This document shows, piece by piece, positions 1-9,713 of a DNA stretch of 64,000 nt. Within the stretch, counting starts at the first letter, position 1, and every line of letters begins with the position of its first letter. Source of the DNA: Gammaproteobacteria bacterium (GTDB taxonomy: Bacteria; Pseudomonadota; Gammaproteobacteria; Eutrophobiales; Eutrophobiaceae); the NCBI GenBank assembly GCA_965215365.1, contig CBDCDS010000003.1, positions 1,152,001 through 1,216,000 of the forward strand, given 5' to 3'. A program made the translations under genes and the position numbers. The notes beneath the pieces were generated by a model, which was not told the DNA's origin, did no database searches, and was given only the letters and a program-made list of their open reading frames with translations.

Positions 1-8
1 TGGCCAGC

Positions 9-875
9 ATGATCAATAAAGCCGTCTTCCCTATAGCAGGTCTGGGCACACGCACTCTGCCGGCGACCAAAGCGCTGGCCAAGGAGATGTTACCCCTGGT
101 AGATCGCCCGATCATCCAGCATGCCGTGGAAGAAGCGCTCAGTGTCGGCGTCAGGGAACTGATTTTTGTTACCGCAAGGAACAAGCAGATTATCCGTGAC
201 CACTTCCAAGCCGACCCCCAGCTGGAGCGGGAATTAGCGCGGCGGGGCCAGCAGGAGTTGCTGGAGTTGGTGCAGAACATACTTCCCCGGGACGCCGTTT
301 GCCACTATGTGATCCAGCGTCGCCCCTTGGGTCTGGGGCACGCGGTGCTATGTGCAAGATCCAAGGTTGGCAGCGAACCGTTTGCGGTAATACTGCCCGA
401 TGATCTGGTCTGTCACCCCGACACGACCTGCCTGCAACAACTGATGACACTCTACCAGGAGCGCAATGCCAGCGTAGTGGCGGTGGAAAATGTCGCCCGC
501 GAGCAGGTGTCCCGTTACGGCATCGTCGAGACCGCCCCGGCGCCGGGCGGCGCGTTGAAGATGAAGTCCGTTGTGGAAAAACCCGCCCCTGACGCAGCGC
601 CCTCAACACTGGCAGTGGTCGGGCGTTATATCTTCACCCCGGCGCTCATGCCGTTGTTAAAAACCACACGCAGGGGCGCCGGCGACGAAATCCAGCTGAC
701 CGACGCCATCGCCGCGCTACTGAGCCAGGAAGATGTCTATCTGTTCGAATTTCAGGGCCGGCGCTACGATTGCGGTTCACTCGTGGGGTACATGCAAGCC
801 AACGTTGACTACGCACTGAAACATGAGACCATCGGCGCAGAGTTTCGCTCGTATATCACCGGTCTGTTGAAGTAG
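9..875 (+). CDS. galU: UTP--glucose-1-phosphate uridylyltransferase
   Basis: KAVFPIAGLGTRTLPATKALAKEMLP, LGLGHAV, VEKP and GDEIQLTDAI motifs. Confidence 0.96.
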   Translation: MINKAVFPIAGLGTRTLPATKALAKEMLPLVDRPIIQHAVEEALSVGVRELIFVTARNKQIIRDHFQADPQLERELARRGQQELLELVQNILPRDAVCHYVIQRRPLGLGHAVLCARSKVGSEPFAVILPDDLVCHPDTTCLQQLMTLYQERNASVVAVENVAREQVSRYGIVETAPAPGGALKMKSVVEKPAPDAAPSTLAVVGRYIFTPALMPLLKTTRRGAGDEIQLTDAIAALLSQEDVYLFEFQGRRYDCGSLVGYMQANVDYALKHETIGAEFRSYITGLLK

Positions 876-920
876 GGACAAAATCTGCCGGTTATTTCAT
901 CGACAAATCCGGGACAGAGT

Positions 921-996
921 TGGCTCCCCGGGACGGGCTCGAACCGCCGACCTAGTGATTAACAGTCACCCGCTCTACCGACTGAGCTACCGGGGA
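921..996 (-). tRNA. tRNA-Asn(GTT)
   Basis: Reverse complement TCCCCGGTAGCTCAGTCGGTAGAGCGGGTGACTGTTAATCACTAGGTCGGCGGTTCGAGCCCGTCCCGGGGAGCCA; cloverleaf with encoded CCA. Confidence 0.97.
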
Positions 997-1012
997 ATAG
1001 TTGCAGATAATT

Positions 1013-1201
1013 TCACGCCAGGGCGTTCCAGAGCAGGCCCATGGTCAACGCCATGTTTACGCCTACCATCCACTTAAGCACACGAATCTCAGCCTTGATT
1101 TCAGCTATATCGGCTTTCGTAGCAACCTGGTCCTGGCCTGATACAGACATCGCTGCCTTACCGTGCTTTTGCCTCCGGGGCATTGGCGCTGATAAGTGCA
1201 T
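1013..1201 (-). CDS. Short DUF1640/CCDC90-like coiled-coil plus C-terminal TM protein (probably a fragment)
   Basis: VATKADIAEIKAEIRVLKWMVG followed by a hydrophobic tail; start uncertain. Confidence 0.55.
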   Translation of the reverse strand: MHLSAPMPRRQKHGKAAMSVSGQDQVATKADIAEIKAEIRVLKWMVGVNMALTMGLLWNALA

Positions 1202-1302
1202 CGTATAACTCCGTATTCATCGTGCTTTTCTTCTGAGTTTCCGTAGGTTATGTACTCCTGATTGGCACCGCTCCAATCAGGCTTGGCATTATACACACAA
1301 AA

Positions 1303-2487
1303 TCAACCCAGCGCATCCCCTAATCGATTTATGGCAGCCTCCAGGTTTTCCATACTGGTGGCATACGACAGCCGCATGTGGCCTTTCGCGCCGAAGGCCG
1401 AGCCTGGCACCAGAGCCACCTCGGCCCGCTCCAGCAGGAACTCGCCCAATTGTACGTCATTGCTGACACCGCCCAGTCTGTTGATCACGCCTTGCATATT
1501 CGGGAAGCTGTAGAAGGTGCCGTCTGACGGGGTACATTCCACGCCTTCGATCGCGTTCAGGCCGGCATGGACGAAGTCATGGCGCTGTTTGAAAACTGCC
1601 GTACTCTCGCTGATATAGGTCTGGTCGCCGTTCAGCGCCGCGAGGGTTGCGTACTGCGAGATCGAAGATGGATTGGACGTGCTTTGCGACTGAATTTTTT
1701 GTGCCGCTTGCACCAGCGCCCGCGGCCCGCCCAGGAACCCGATACGCCACCCGGTCATGGAATAGGCCTTGGACACGCCATTGACTACAACCGCCCTGTT
1801 GGCCAGTTCCGGACAGACATTAAGGATATTGCTGAAACTGTCCTGTCCCCAAAGGATGTGCTCGTAGATATCGTCCGTGAGTATGACGATGTCAGGATGC
1901 TTCCTCAGCACTGCGGCAAGCGCTTTCAGTTCTGTTTCGGAATAACTGACCCCGGTCGGGTTTGACGGGCTGTTCAGTACCAGCAGGCGCGAGTTGTCAG
2001 TGATGGCGCCTTCCAGTTGCTGGTCGGTGATCTTGAAACGCTGTTCAATGCCGGCCGGCACCACTACCGGTTCGGCGCCGGCCAGTTTCGCCATGTCCGG
2101 GTAGGAAACCCAGTAAGGCGCCGGGATGATGACCTCATCGCCCGGATTGAGCAGGGCCTGCATCAGGTTGTAGATACTGTGTTTGGCGCCGCAGGAAACG
2201 AGGATTTGGTCCGGGTGGTAGTTGAGGTTGTTTTCCCGCCGGAACTTGTCCGCGACCGCCTGTTTCAGTTCAGGCATGCCACCGGCTGCGGTATATTTGG
2301 TCTTGCCGTCCCGGACAGCTTTGATCGCAGCCTCTTTGATATGCTCCGGCGTATCGAAATCAGGCTCCCCGGCGCTGAGCGCGATAATATCCCGCCCCGC
2401 CGCTTGCAACTCCGCGGCCTTGGCGGTCACCGCAAGAGTGGGAGACGGTTTAATGCTTGCGGCGCGGTGCGCGATGTCGATGCTCAA
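1303..2487 (-). CDS. aspC: Aspartate aminotransferase (PLP-dependent class I/II)
   Basis: GEPDFDTP, NSPSNPTG, DDIYE, SKAYSMTGWRIG motifs. Confidence 0.92.
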   Translation of the reverse strand: MSIDIAHRAASIKPSPTLAVTAKAAELQAAGRDIIALSAGEPDFDTPEHIKEAAIKAVRDGKTKYTAAGGMPELKQAVADKFRRENNLNYHPDQILVSCGAKHSIYNLMQALLNPGDEVIIPAPYWVSYPDMAKLAGAEPVVVPAGIEQRFKITDQQLEGAITDNSRLLVLNSPSNPTGVSYSETELKALAAVLRKHPDIVILTDDIYEHILWGQDSFSNILNVCPELANRAVVVNGVSKAYSMTGWRIGFLGGPRALVQAAQKIQSQSTSNPSSISQYATLAALNGDQTYISESTAVFKQRHDFVHAGLNAIEGVECTPSDGTFYSFPNMQGVINRLGGVSNDVQLGEFLLERAEVALVPGSAFGAKGHMRLSYATSMENLEAAINRLGDALG

Positions 2488-2532
2488 GATGGTTTCCTCT
2501 GTTCTGGTGGTGCCAGCTGGCCCTCTATTGTA

Positions 2533-3870
2533 CTACGACAACCGGTAACTTCGGCGCAGTATCAGGACTGCAAAAGGGATTGCCACCAAACCCCACACCA
2601 GAAAATATGACATATTGGCCCAGGCTGCGCCAACGGCTCCATATTCAGGCAACAGCAACAGCAAGACGCTGACCTGTGTCACCAGGGCGGCCAGGTGCCA
2701 GATCAGCGATGGCACAGCATGTCCTGTCGCTGCCGGCAGTATATAGAGCGCGGTGATACTTGTAAAAACCAGCGCGCCTGGGATCATGATTATTAACAAC
2801 CGGCCTGTATCAACAAACTCTTCCCCAAGCATGACGCTGATGATGGGCTGGTGAAACAGCAGTAGTAACAGGTAACCTGAGACAGCAAGCCCCAGTGCCA
2901 GGAAAGTAAAGCGGCGCGCAGTGGTACGCAGAGCGACGCCTTCACGGGCATACCAGCGCCTGCTGTATTCAGCTTGAAGCACCGGCGCTATCGGCTGGAA
3001 AGGCATCCTGGTGATAGCCAGAATTCGGGATGCAGCACGATACAAACCAACTTGTGACGGACTGGTCAAAGCGCCGAGCAACAGCATGTCTACATTGCCG
3101 CCCAATGTTCCGATTTTTGCCTGACAGAAGGAAATGGCCTGATAGCGCATAGTATCTTTTGGAATTTTAACTGACCACGACGTGAAGAGCTTGTCAATAC
3201 CCAGTGTGCGCGTGGCTATAATGGCCACAAGCAACATGCCGAAACCGTTTATGCAGGCGCCGGCAACCAACGCAAGGACCACCATCCCCAGGCTGCCATC
3301 AAGGGCCAGCGTAATTAACAGTCCGGCAAATTGTATGAGAATGGCCGTGCAGATAACGACAAACCCCCAGGACAGCCGACTGGCCAACCTGAGTACAGCC
3401 ATGGATTCACGATGTGCAGCCATACAAATACCGCTGAGTCCATATATCAGCATCGTATTCACATGGCTGTTATCAATGCCGAGCACACGGCTGACGGGAT
3501 GGGAGAAAACTGTCAACAAGCTGTACGTGAGCAGGGCCAGGATAAAACATGCCATGAAAATAAATCGCAGGATACGGGCAGCTTCCTCCCATTCTTCATT
3601 GACCATACTCCGGGTAACGTAGGTGGTAATCGCTTCATGACCCGGCATGGACATCAGGCCGTAAGACAGTGACGTGACAGCAATGAAGAGGGCCAGAATG
3701 CCGAATCCTTCCAGCCCCAGAATTCTGGTAACAAGTAATAGTTGCACAATGCTGCCCAAGAACTGGATTGCCAGTATCGCCGCCATCCACAGCATTTGCC
3801 CGGCTGTCCCCTGCTCTGACTGCGGGATGACTCGCTCCGGAAGAGTTCTTATTAAGGTCAGGTAATCCAC
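2533..3870 (-). CDS. Wzx-type polysaccharide flippase
   Basis: Many TM helices; TRILGLEGFG, VGLYRAA, YGAVGAAWA motifs. Confidence 0.85.
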   Translation of the reverse strand: MDYLTLIRTLPERVIPQSEQGTAGQMLWMAAILAIQFLGSIVQLLLVTRILGLEGFGILALFIAVTSLSYGLMSMPGHEAITTYVTRSMVNEEWEEAARILRFIFMACFILALLTYSLLTVFSHPVSRVLGIDNSHVNTMLIYGLSGICMAAHRESMAVLRLASRLSWGFVVICTAILIQFAGLLITLALDGSLGMVVLALVAGACINGFGMLLVAIIATRTLGIDKLFTSWSVKIPKDTMRYQAISFCQAKIGTLGGNVDMLLLGALTSPSQVGLYRAASRILAITRMPFQPIAPVLQAEYSRRWYAREGVALRTTARRFTFLALGLAVSGYLLLLLFHQPIISVMLGEEFVDTGRLLIIMIPGALVFTSITALYILPAATGHAVPSLIWHLAALVTQVSVLLLLLPEYGAVGAAWANMSYFLVWGLVAIPFAVLILRRSYRLS

Positions 3871-4988
3871 GACACTATGCTGCGGGCACGATCTATGCTG
3901 GTATATTCCTGTGCGGCTGTTAGCGCTGCCTTGGACATCTGCAAACGCAGGTCGTGGTTATCCACCAGTTTGAAAATAGCCTCGGAAAGCATACGCTGGC
4001 CCCATGGGTCTACCAGTATCGCGTATCTGGAGTCCACAACCTCGCTGTTTCCGGGAATGTCCGTGGCGATAATGGGTAATCCGCACGCTCTGGCTTCAGC
4101 CAGCGCGTTCGATGACATCTCAATCAAGCTGGTATGCACAAACACATCAGCAGCGCTGAGCCAGATAGGGACTTCATCGTAAGGAACACTGCCGGCAAAA
4201 AGCACTTGCTCGCCTCGTGGTTTCTGCACACCAGGTCTGCCCAGGAAAAAGACACCGATATCAGGTCTTCCCTTGACGGCATCCAGCACGAATAAGGGGC
4301 GTTTGTTAGCATCAAACGCCCCGACAAAGCCTATAATGGGTCGGTCCGGTGGAAGATTGAGTCGTTGCCTTGCTTCACTTTTTTCGAGAGGGTTGAATTC
4401 AAACGAATGGGCGTTCCGGGCCGTGAGGATTTTATGTTCCGGTATAGCGTAGTTGTTAATACACCGATTTTTGAGGTGGTCGGCAACGGAGACTATGAAA
4501 TCCATGGCATTCAAGGTTCGTTGTATTTTATCGACCCCAAGTTGTCGCTCATAACGATCGAAAAAACTCTCACCCAGGTCCACCACCGATTTACTACCCG
4601 TCTCCTTGGCAAGTTGTACCGCAACGTAACCCGGCGGGAACAAAAATTGTCCGTAGATATGTGATGGCGATGTTGGTAATTTTAATATTGCCTTACGCGC
4701 GGCCGCGTGGAAATTTCGAATGGTGAGCAGAAAAGTTGAACCGACCCCAGGTATCATTTTGCTGGAACAGGATAAATACGGTGGGCGCATCACCACCGGC
4801 TCATTCCCCTCGGCTTGCACACTATAATGGCCTGTATCCTTCCATCGCCAGATCCTCACCGGAGCAATAACCGTTGTTTTTATACTTAGTTTAATCAGGT
4901 CTCTGGCCAGTTTTTGCACAAATGAACTCGCCCACGGCTCACGGGAAGATGGGTAGCTGCTGGTAATAATAACTATATGAAGGGGCAA
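3858..4988 (-). CDS. GT4 family glycosyltransferase
   Basis: AADVFVHTSLIEMSSNALAEARACGLPIIATDIPG (EX7E) motif; TTG start. Confidence 0.9.
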   Translation of the reverse strand: MPLHIVIITSSYPSSREPWASSFVQKLARDLIKLSIKTTVIAPVRIWRWKDTGHYSVQAEGNEPVVMRPPYLSCSSKMIPGVGSTFLLTIRNFHAAARKAILKLPTSPSHIYGQFLFPPGYVAVQLAKETGSKSVVDLGESFFDRYERQLGVDKIQRTLNAMDFIVSVADHLKNRCINNYAIPEHKILTARNAHSFEFNPLEKSEARQRLNLPPDRPIIGFVGAFDANKRPLFVLDAVKGRPDIGVFFLGRPGVQKPRGEQVLFAGSVPYDEVPIWLSAADVFVHTSLIEMSSNALAEARACGLPIIATDIPGNSEVVDSRYAILVDPWGQRMLSEAIFKLVDNHDLRLQMSKAALTAAQEYTSIDRARSIVSWIT

Positions 4989-5134
4989 TATTTACTCCTG
5001 ATCGACTGTGAATTACGCTCTTGTGCAAAGCAGCGCGAATAACGCTGCCGCTTGACAGCGTTATTCGATATGAATACCCTATTGTATCATCGTTGAAATT
5101 GTCGTAAGTGTTCTTTGCAATCGCTATTTTCCGG

Positions 5135-5371
5135 ATGCGACAGAATACAATCACCGTTATCTGTATATTATTACTGTCATACCTGCCGGCCGGCAAGGTT
5201 CACGCTTACTTGGACCCTGGCTCCGTGAGTCTGGCCTTGCAAGCCATTGCCGCGGCTGTAGCAGGCGCCATGCTCATGGGAAAATACTGGTTCTGGCAGG
5301 TTCTCGGTTGGTTCGGCATAAAGCGGAAAAACGATTCAGAGCAAAGCCCGTCAAACCCGGTTGATGAATAG
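5135..5371 (+). CDS. Small membrane protein with AYLDPG motif
   Basis: Signal-like N-terminus ending VHA, then YLDPGSVSLALQAIAAAVAG hydrophobic stretch; lies just upstream of the methyltransferase. Confidence 0.7.
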   Translation: MRQNTITVICILLLSYLPAGKVHAYLDPGSVSLALQAIAAAVAGAMLMGKYWFWQVLGWFGIKRKNDSEQSPSNPVDE

Positions 5372-6758
5372 AGCGCCGGGTTCCTTCAGAGACCCCGAAG
5401 CGCATGTTTATGCTACTTCGGACAGAGTTTTTCGTGGCATTTCCAGGGATAGGACCGATTGGTTCCGCAGCTTTTTACAATCATCATTTTTCAGGGAACG
5501 TGCCGGGATACATATTGTCAATACGCGAGAGATTTCTCCTGATGATGTGCTTGCAGCGGGTATTTCCATGGAAACCGTCTGGGCATACGGAATGTGGGTT
5601 GAACATGAGCCGTTGCCTTTCATATCGTACCCCTATGAGTGGTCTTTCGAGGCATTGAAGGCGGCTGCCCGTTTGACGCTGAGGTTGTTGATTGATGCTC
5701 TTGATAACGGTTACACCTTACAAGACGGGTCGGCATATAATGTACAGTTCATTCACTCCAATCCTGTATTCATGGATGTCCCTTCATTCTGCGAGTACCG
5801 GGAAGGCGAACCGTACCTCGGATACAAACAGTTTTGTGAGCATTTCCTAGCGCCGTTGTGTCTGACAGCATTTTCCGGTATTGATTTCAACCAATGGTTC
5901 CGGGGACGTCTGGACGGGCTTGATATAATGGAAGTATCTGCAGCGCTGCCCGTAAGCAGTTGTCTGCGTCCACAGGTGTTGATACACATCCATCTGCAGG
6001 CCTGGGCAATGTACAAAATGGAGGCAGCGGCGGATGACTCTCAGCGCCGTAAACCCAGGGTAGTGCCGCGCAAGAACCTACGTGCGCTTGCGCTCGGTTT
6101 GAGGAAATTTATTGGAGCGCTACAACGCAGACGCAGGTCATATTGGCAAAGATATGATGAACATAAGGTTTACGAAGATACCTCGCAAGCGGACAAGCTA
6201 CATATCGCCCGGGATTTCGTAAAAACTAACAAGTTACAGACGCTTGTAGACCTAGGCTGCAATACCGGAAAATATTGTGAGGCGGCGCTGAGAGCTGGTG
6301 TTAAGCAGATAATTGGCCTCGATCTTGATTGCGGCGCTGTTGATATTGCTTCCAGAGAGGCGCGGCACTGCGCTTGGCCTGCCCAATTCCTGCATTTTGA
6401 CATCGCCAATCCCACGCCTGACCAAGGTTGGGGACATGGGGAAAGAACAGCATTGGAAAAGCGTCTCGGACAGCGAGATGGATTGTTTTGCTTCGCTTTG
6501 ATCCATCACCTGGTCATAGGCAGAAATATTCCCATGCAAGAGTTGATTGACTGGGTTTGCGCCCTCGCACCGAGAGGTCTGATTGAGTTTGTCCCAAAAA
6601 CTGACCCCATGGTACAAGGCTTGCTAATTCATCGGGAGGATATATTTCGCGATTACACCCGGGATAATTTTGAAAGAAAGTTAGGTGATGCTTGTGTGCA
6701 GGTCAAAACGCACAAACTTCATGCCACGGACAGGGTAATTTATGAATATGCCAGATAA
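5364..6758 (+). CDS. SAM-dependent methyltransferase, NoeA-like
   Basis: GSFRDP, YPYEWSF N-terminal motifs; DLGCNTG SAM-binding motif; ALIHHL, EFVPKTD. Confidence 0.8.
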   Translation: MNRAPGSFRDPEAHVYATSDRVFRGISRDRTDWFRSFLQSSFFRERAGIHIVNTREISPDDVLAAGISMETVWAYGMWVEHEPLPFISYPYEWSFEALKAAARLTLRLLIDALDNGYTLQDGSAYNVQFIHSNPVFMDVPSFCEYREGEPYLGYKQFCEHFLAPLCLTAFSGIDFNQWFRGRLDGLDIMEVSAALPVSSCLRPQVLIHIHLQAWAMYKMEAAADDSQRRKPRVVPRKNLRALALGLRKFIGALQRRRRSYWQRYDEHKVYEDTSQADKLHIARDFVKTNKLQTLVDLGCNTGKYCEAALRAGVKQIIGLDLDCGAVDIASREARHCAWPAQFLHFDIANPTPDQGWGHGERTALEKRLGQRDGLFCFALIHHLVIGRNIPMQELIDWVCALAPRGLIEFVPKTDPMVQGLLIHREDIFRDYTRDNFERKLGDACVQVKTHKLHATDRVIYEYAR

Positions 6759-8262
6759 AATTCCGGCTCGGATAACCAAGGCAATCACTGAGCCGGTAGC
6801 TGCCGGCAAGAGCAAATTACTCCCGCTTATTTTTGTCCCGTTACAGCTTTATTTTGCTTGCAACATTCTCTCCTTCGGGTTCTGGAAGTCCAGTCGTTCC
6901 GAGTTTGAATACATGGTTTTATTTTTCGGGGCGTGGCTTGCCGGACTGAGCCTGTTGCTCATTCTGATTTTGAGAATGAACAATCATTTTGGCTTGGCGC
7001 GCTTTGGTCCTGTAATTTGTCTGGCCCTCAGCCTGCCGTTCTGTTTTGGTCTCTGGTTGCAGAGCTTGGGTGCCCATCCCTTGTTGTACTGGAATGCCAT
7101 CTGGGTCGTTCCCTTGTTGTTCGTTTATTTCCGTTTTGGTGTGGACTATCCCCTTCAGATTTCGACGCTCATGTTGGCACTTTGTGTGGTGTCATTTATG
7201 GGGCACTCAGGGTTTTTTGCTGAGGCTGAACCAGAGGAGCAACCGAATCTGACAGCTTCCGGGGTGGTAACGCTGGACAGAAAAATAAGTATTCATATCA
7301 TCATGTTGGATTCCCTGACACATTCGGACTATTCGAAATCCTTTCTCGGAGTGAGTAATCCGGCCGCCGATTATCTGGCTACGCGGGATGACGCGGTGTA
7401 TGCGGGCAACCGCGGATTTGTTGAGTATGTACCCACCCGTAACTCCTGGGCAGCCTTGTTTGAGCTGGAACGGGGGCGCGGGAACCACAGCGCCTTTTCC
7501 GGCCATGCTCCGAGTCTGTTGACAGATTTGCTGAATAGTAATGGCTATTATATCCAGACCGGGTACTCCGGCAGTTATCTTGGTGCGAGCCAAGGACAAT
7601 ACGTTAACAATTATGTCTTTGATGTGGCGGATTTGGAGCAATCACTGGTGTGTGCAGAGCAGGAGCCATTTTTTGGATTTTGTTCAGAACTGTCACGTTC
7701 GATTTACAACAACTGGTTCTGGAAGTTACTCAAGCGCTCGCAAAGACGGGCATGGCCTGAAGTCGTCATCAACATGATCGAGCAGGCAGAGCAAAACATA
7801 CCGGGGCCGGTATTTTCCGCTTTTTATATCTATGCCCCGGTCGGTCATACCGGCAGTGATTATGTAACTGGCGACCCGTATCTGTTTGCGAAGTATAAGG
7901 AGTTTTTCACCAGGCAGACTCGACGCGCACGCCAACTCGTGGAAGAGATAAATCATCTCAGGCGAAAATATCCGGATTCAATTTTTATTATTTCCGGTGA
8001 CCACGGCCCTTGGTTAAGCCGAACTGAAACAGAAGATAGGCGCTTTATCGTGCTGGATCGGCATGCTGTCGCATTGGCGCTACTGAATGCATCCAATTTG
8101 TGTGCCGGGTCAAAGGCTTGGTTGGAACAACAGAAATACCTGACACCGGCGCGGATGCTGGCTGCAGCGCTTGCCTGTGACGGCGAGAGCAGGGCGCTGA
8201 CGGACCATTTTAAGGACAATAAAGAATTTATACGTTACCTTCCCGCTTCCAAACCTCGATGA
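6742..8262 (+). CDS. Membrane protein with sulfatase/alkaline-phosphatase-like domain (NoeB-like)
   Basis: About 5 N-terminal TM helices; IHIIMLDSL and IISGDHG motifs. Confidence 0.7.
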   Translation: MNMPDKIPARITKAITEPVAAGKSKLLPLIFVPLQLYFACNILSFGFWKSSRSEFEYMVLFFGAWLAGLSLLLILILRMNNHFGLARFGPVICLALSLPFCFGLWLQSLGAHPLLYWNAIWVVPLLFVYFRFGVDYPLQISTLMLALCVVSFMGHSGFFAEAEPEEQPNLTASGVVTLDRKISIHIIMLDSLTHSDYSKSFLGVSNPAADYLATRDDAVYAGNRGFVEYVPTRNSWAALFELERGRGNHSAFSGHAPSLLTDLLNSNGYYIQTGYSGSYLGASQGQYVNNYVFDVADLEQSLVCAEQEPFFGFCSELSRSIYNNWFWKLLKRSQRRAWPEVVINMIEQAEQNIPGPVFSAFYIYAPVGHTGSDYVTGDPYLFAKYKEFFTRQTRRARQLVEEINHLRRKYPDSIFIISGDHGPWLSRTETEDRRFIVLDRHAVALALLNASNLCAGSKAWLEQQKYLTPARMLAAALACDGESRALTDHFKDNKEFIRYLPASKPR

Positions 8263-9664
8263 CCGCGGCAAAGGCCAGTACCACCCACAGGTGACGCTCA
8301 AACAGATATGATGCAGTCAGGTTGGCTGCCAACATACCTGTAAATGCACTGCAAAATACAGCCTTCCATATAATGGTTTCACCGGACATATTCGGGGTAC
8401 GTTGAAACAGCAGGATGAATGTATATGCCAACAGCGCAGCCAATGGAATGGTTCCCAGTAATCCTGACTCGGATAACACCATCAGATAACCGCTGTGTGG
8501 ATCGGTAATTTTCGCGTCAGGAATACGAGCAAGCACCTCATTTGTAGAAGTGCCAAATCCGCTGCCCCCTAATGGATGTTCCAGAAAAACTTCCAGCGCG
8601 ATTTTCCAATTTCTCTGGCGACCTGAGTCTATGGTCATTCCCTTGTAGCGATTAGCGCGCCTGGCAATGATTTTATCCGGCATCGCCGCAGTTGCGGGCT
8701 TGGCGGTAGCGGCCGAATTCTTGTCGCACAGGCCGAAGTTAAGCGCATGGGACGATAATATGCGTGACAAGGAATCATTCTGGACGATTCGTTCCAGCGA
8801 AGTGACGCCAACGGGCAGCAGCCACAGCAGCAGGAATACCCCTGCCAGAATCGCCGAACCTGTAACTGCATAACCGCAGGCAGCTTTCCATGACCTTGTA
8901 TTGATCACGAAAAAGGTTAGACATGTTATCAGAACCGCCAAGGTTCCTGATCTGGAGCCGCTGAGAATGACCCAGAAAATAATCAGGATCATCATTAGCG
9001 CGGCAAGCGCTTTAGGAAGCAGGCGCTTGGATGTTTGTATCAGACCCATGCCTAATGCGATCGGCAGGATAGCGTAGAATGCCAGCCTGTTGGTGCCGTA
9101 CAGGTCGTCGATCGTTAAATGGCCCATGCGCAAATGGTTTATTTCTTTGCAAAAGTCATGCGAGACGTGCCATTGCTCGTCCAGCATTGTCAGGTCAATA
9201 CCAGAGTAATATTCAATCAGCATCAAAATAAACAGGAGGGCAATCGAACCCGAGGTCACCCAGGCAAAAAGTGTGAGCGTCGCTTTTCTGCGCATGGTGT
9301 CGATTACCACCGCCATGATCAAAAGGAAAGTGATTTTCTGCCCCAATGAAAGAAGGGAGGGATAGGAATGATCGCCCCATACCATGGTGATAGTCAGGCT
9401 GAGTACAAACAGGGCAGCGAGTTGCTGGGTCCGGGTGCCCAATACTGCGGTATTTGCCAAGCCTCTTATATCCCTGGTCTGAATGTATGTCGCCACAAGA
9501 AACAGGCAACAGATAGCAAGTGTCAGAATGTTGCCGACAATCCCCCAGTGGGCTATGATTACGCCTTGAAATGCGGCTTGAATCATCAGGATGTAACCCG
9601 GCAGCCATGGCTTTGACAGCAATACATCAAATGCCTGCCTGGGTAAGTTCACAAGCCTGTTCAT
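8228..9664 (-). CDS. O-antigen ligase/Wzy_C family membrane protein
   Basis: LSGSRSG, SGRQRNW, HPLGGSG, DPHSGYLMVLSESGLLG motifs; start chosen at ATG 9664. Confidence 0.85.
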   Translation of the reverse strand: MNRLVNLPRQAFDVLLSKPWLPGYILMIQAAFQGVIIAHWGIVGNILTLAICCLFLVATYIQTRDIRGLANTAVLGTRTQQLAALFVLSLTITMVWGDHSYPSLLSLGQKITFLLIMAVVIDTMRRKATLTLFAWVTSGSIALLFILMLIEYYSGIDLTMLDEQWHVSHDFCKEINHLRMGHLTIDDLYGTNRLAFYAILPIALGMGLIQTSKRLLPKALAALMMILIIFWVILSGSRSGTLAVLITCLTFFVINTRSWKAACGYAVTGSAILAGVFLLLWLLPVGVTSLERIVQNDSLSRILSSHALNFGLCDKNSAATAKPATAAMPDKIIARRANRYKGMTIDSGRQRNWKIALEVFLEHPLGGSGFGTSTNEVLARIPDAKITDPHSGYLMVLSESGLLGTIPLAALLAYTFILLFQRTPNMSGETIIWKAVFCSAFTGMLAANLTASYLFERHLWVVLAFAAVIEVWKREGNV

Positions 9665-9713
9665 GGCCCCTTGATTACCGGGAGTGTGTGTTAAATTGTC
9701 GGTTGGCATAGTC

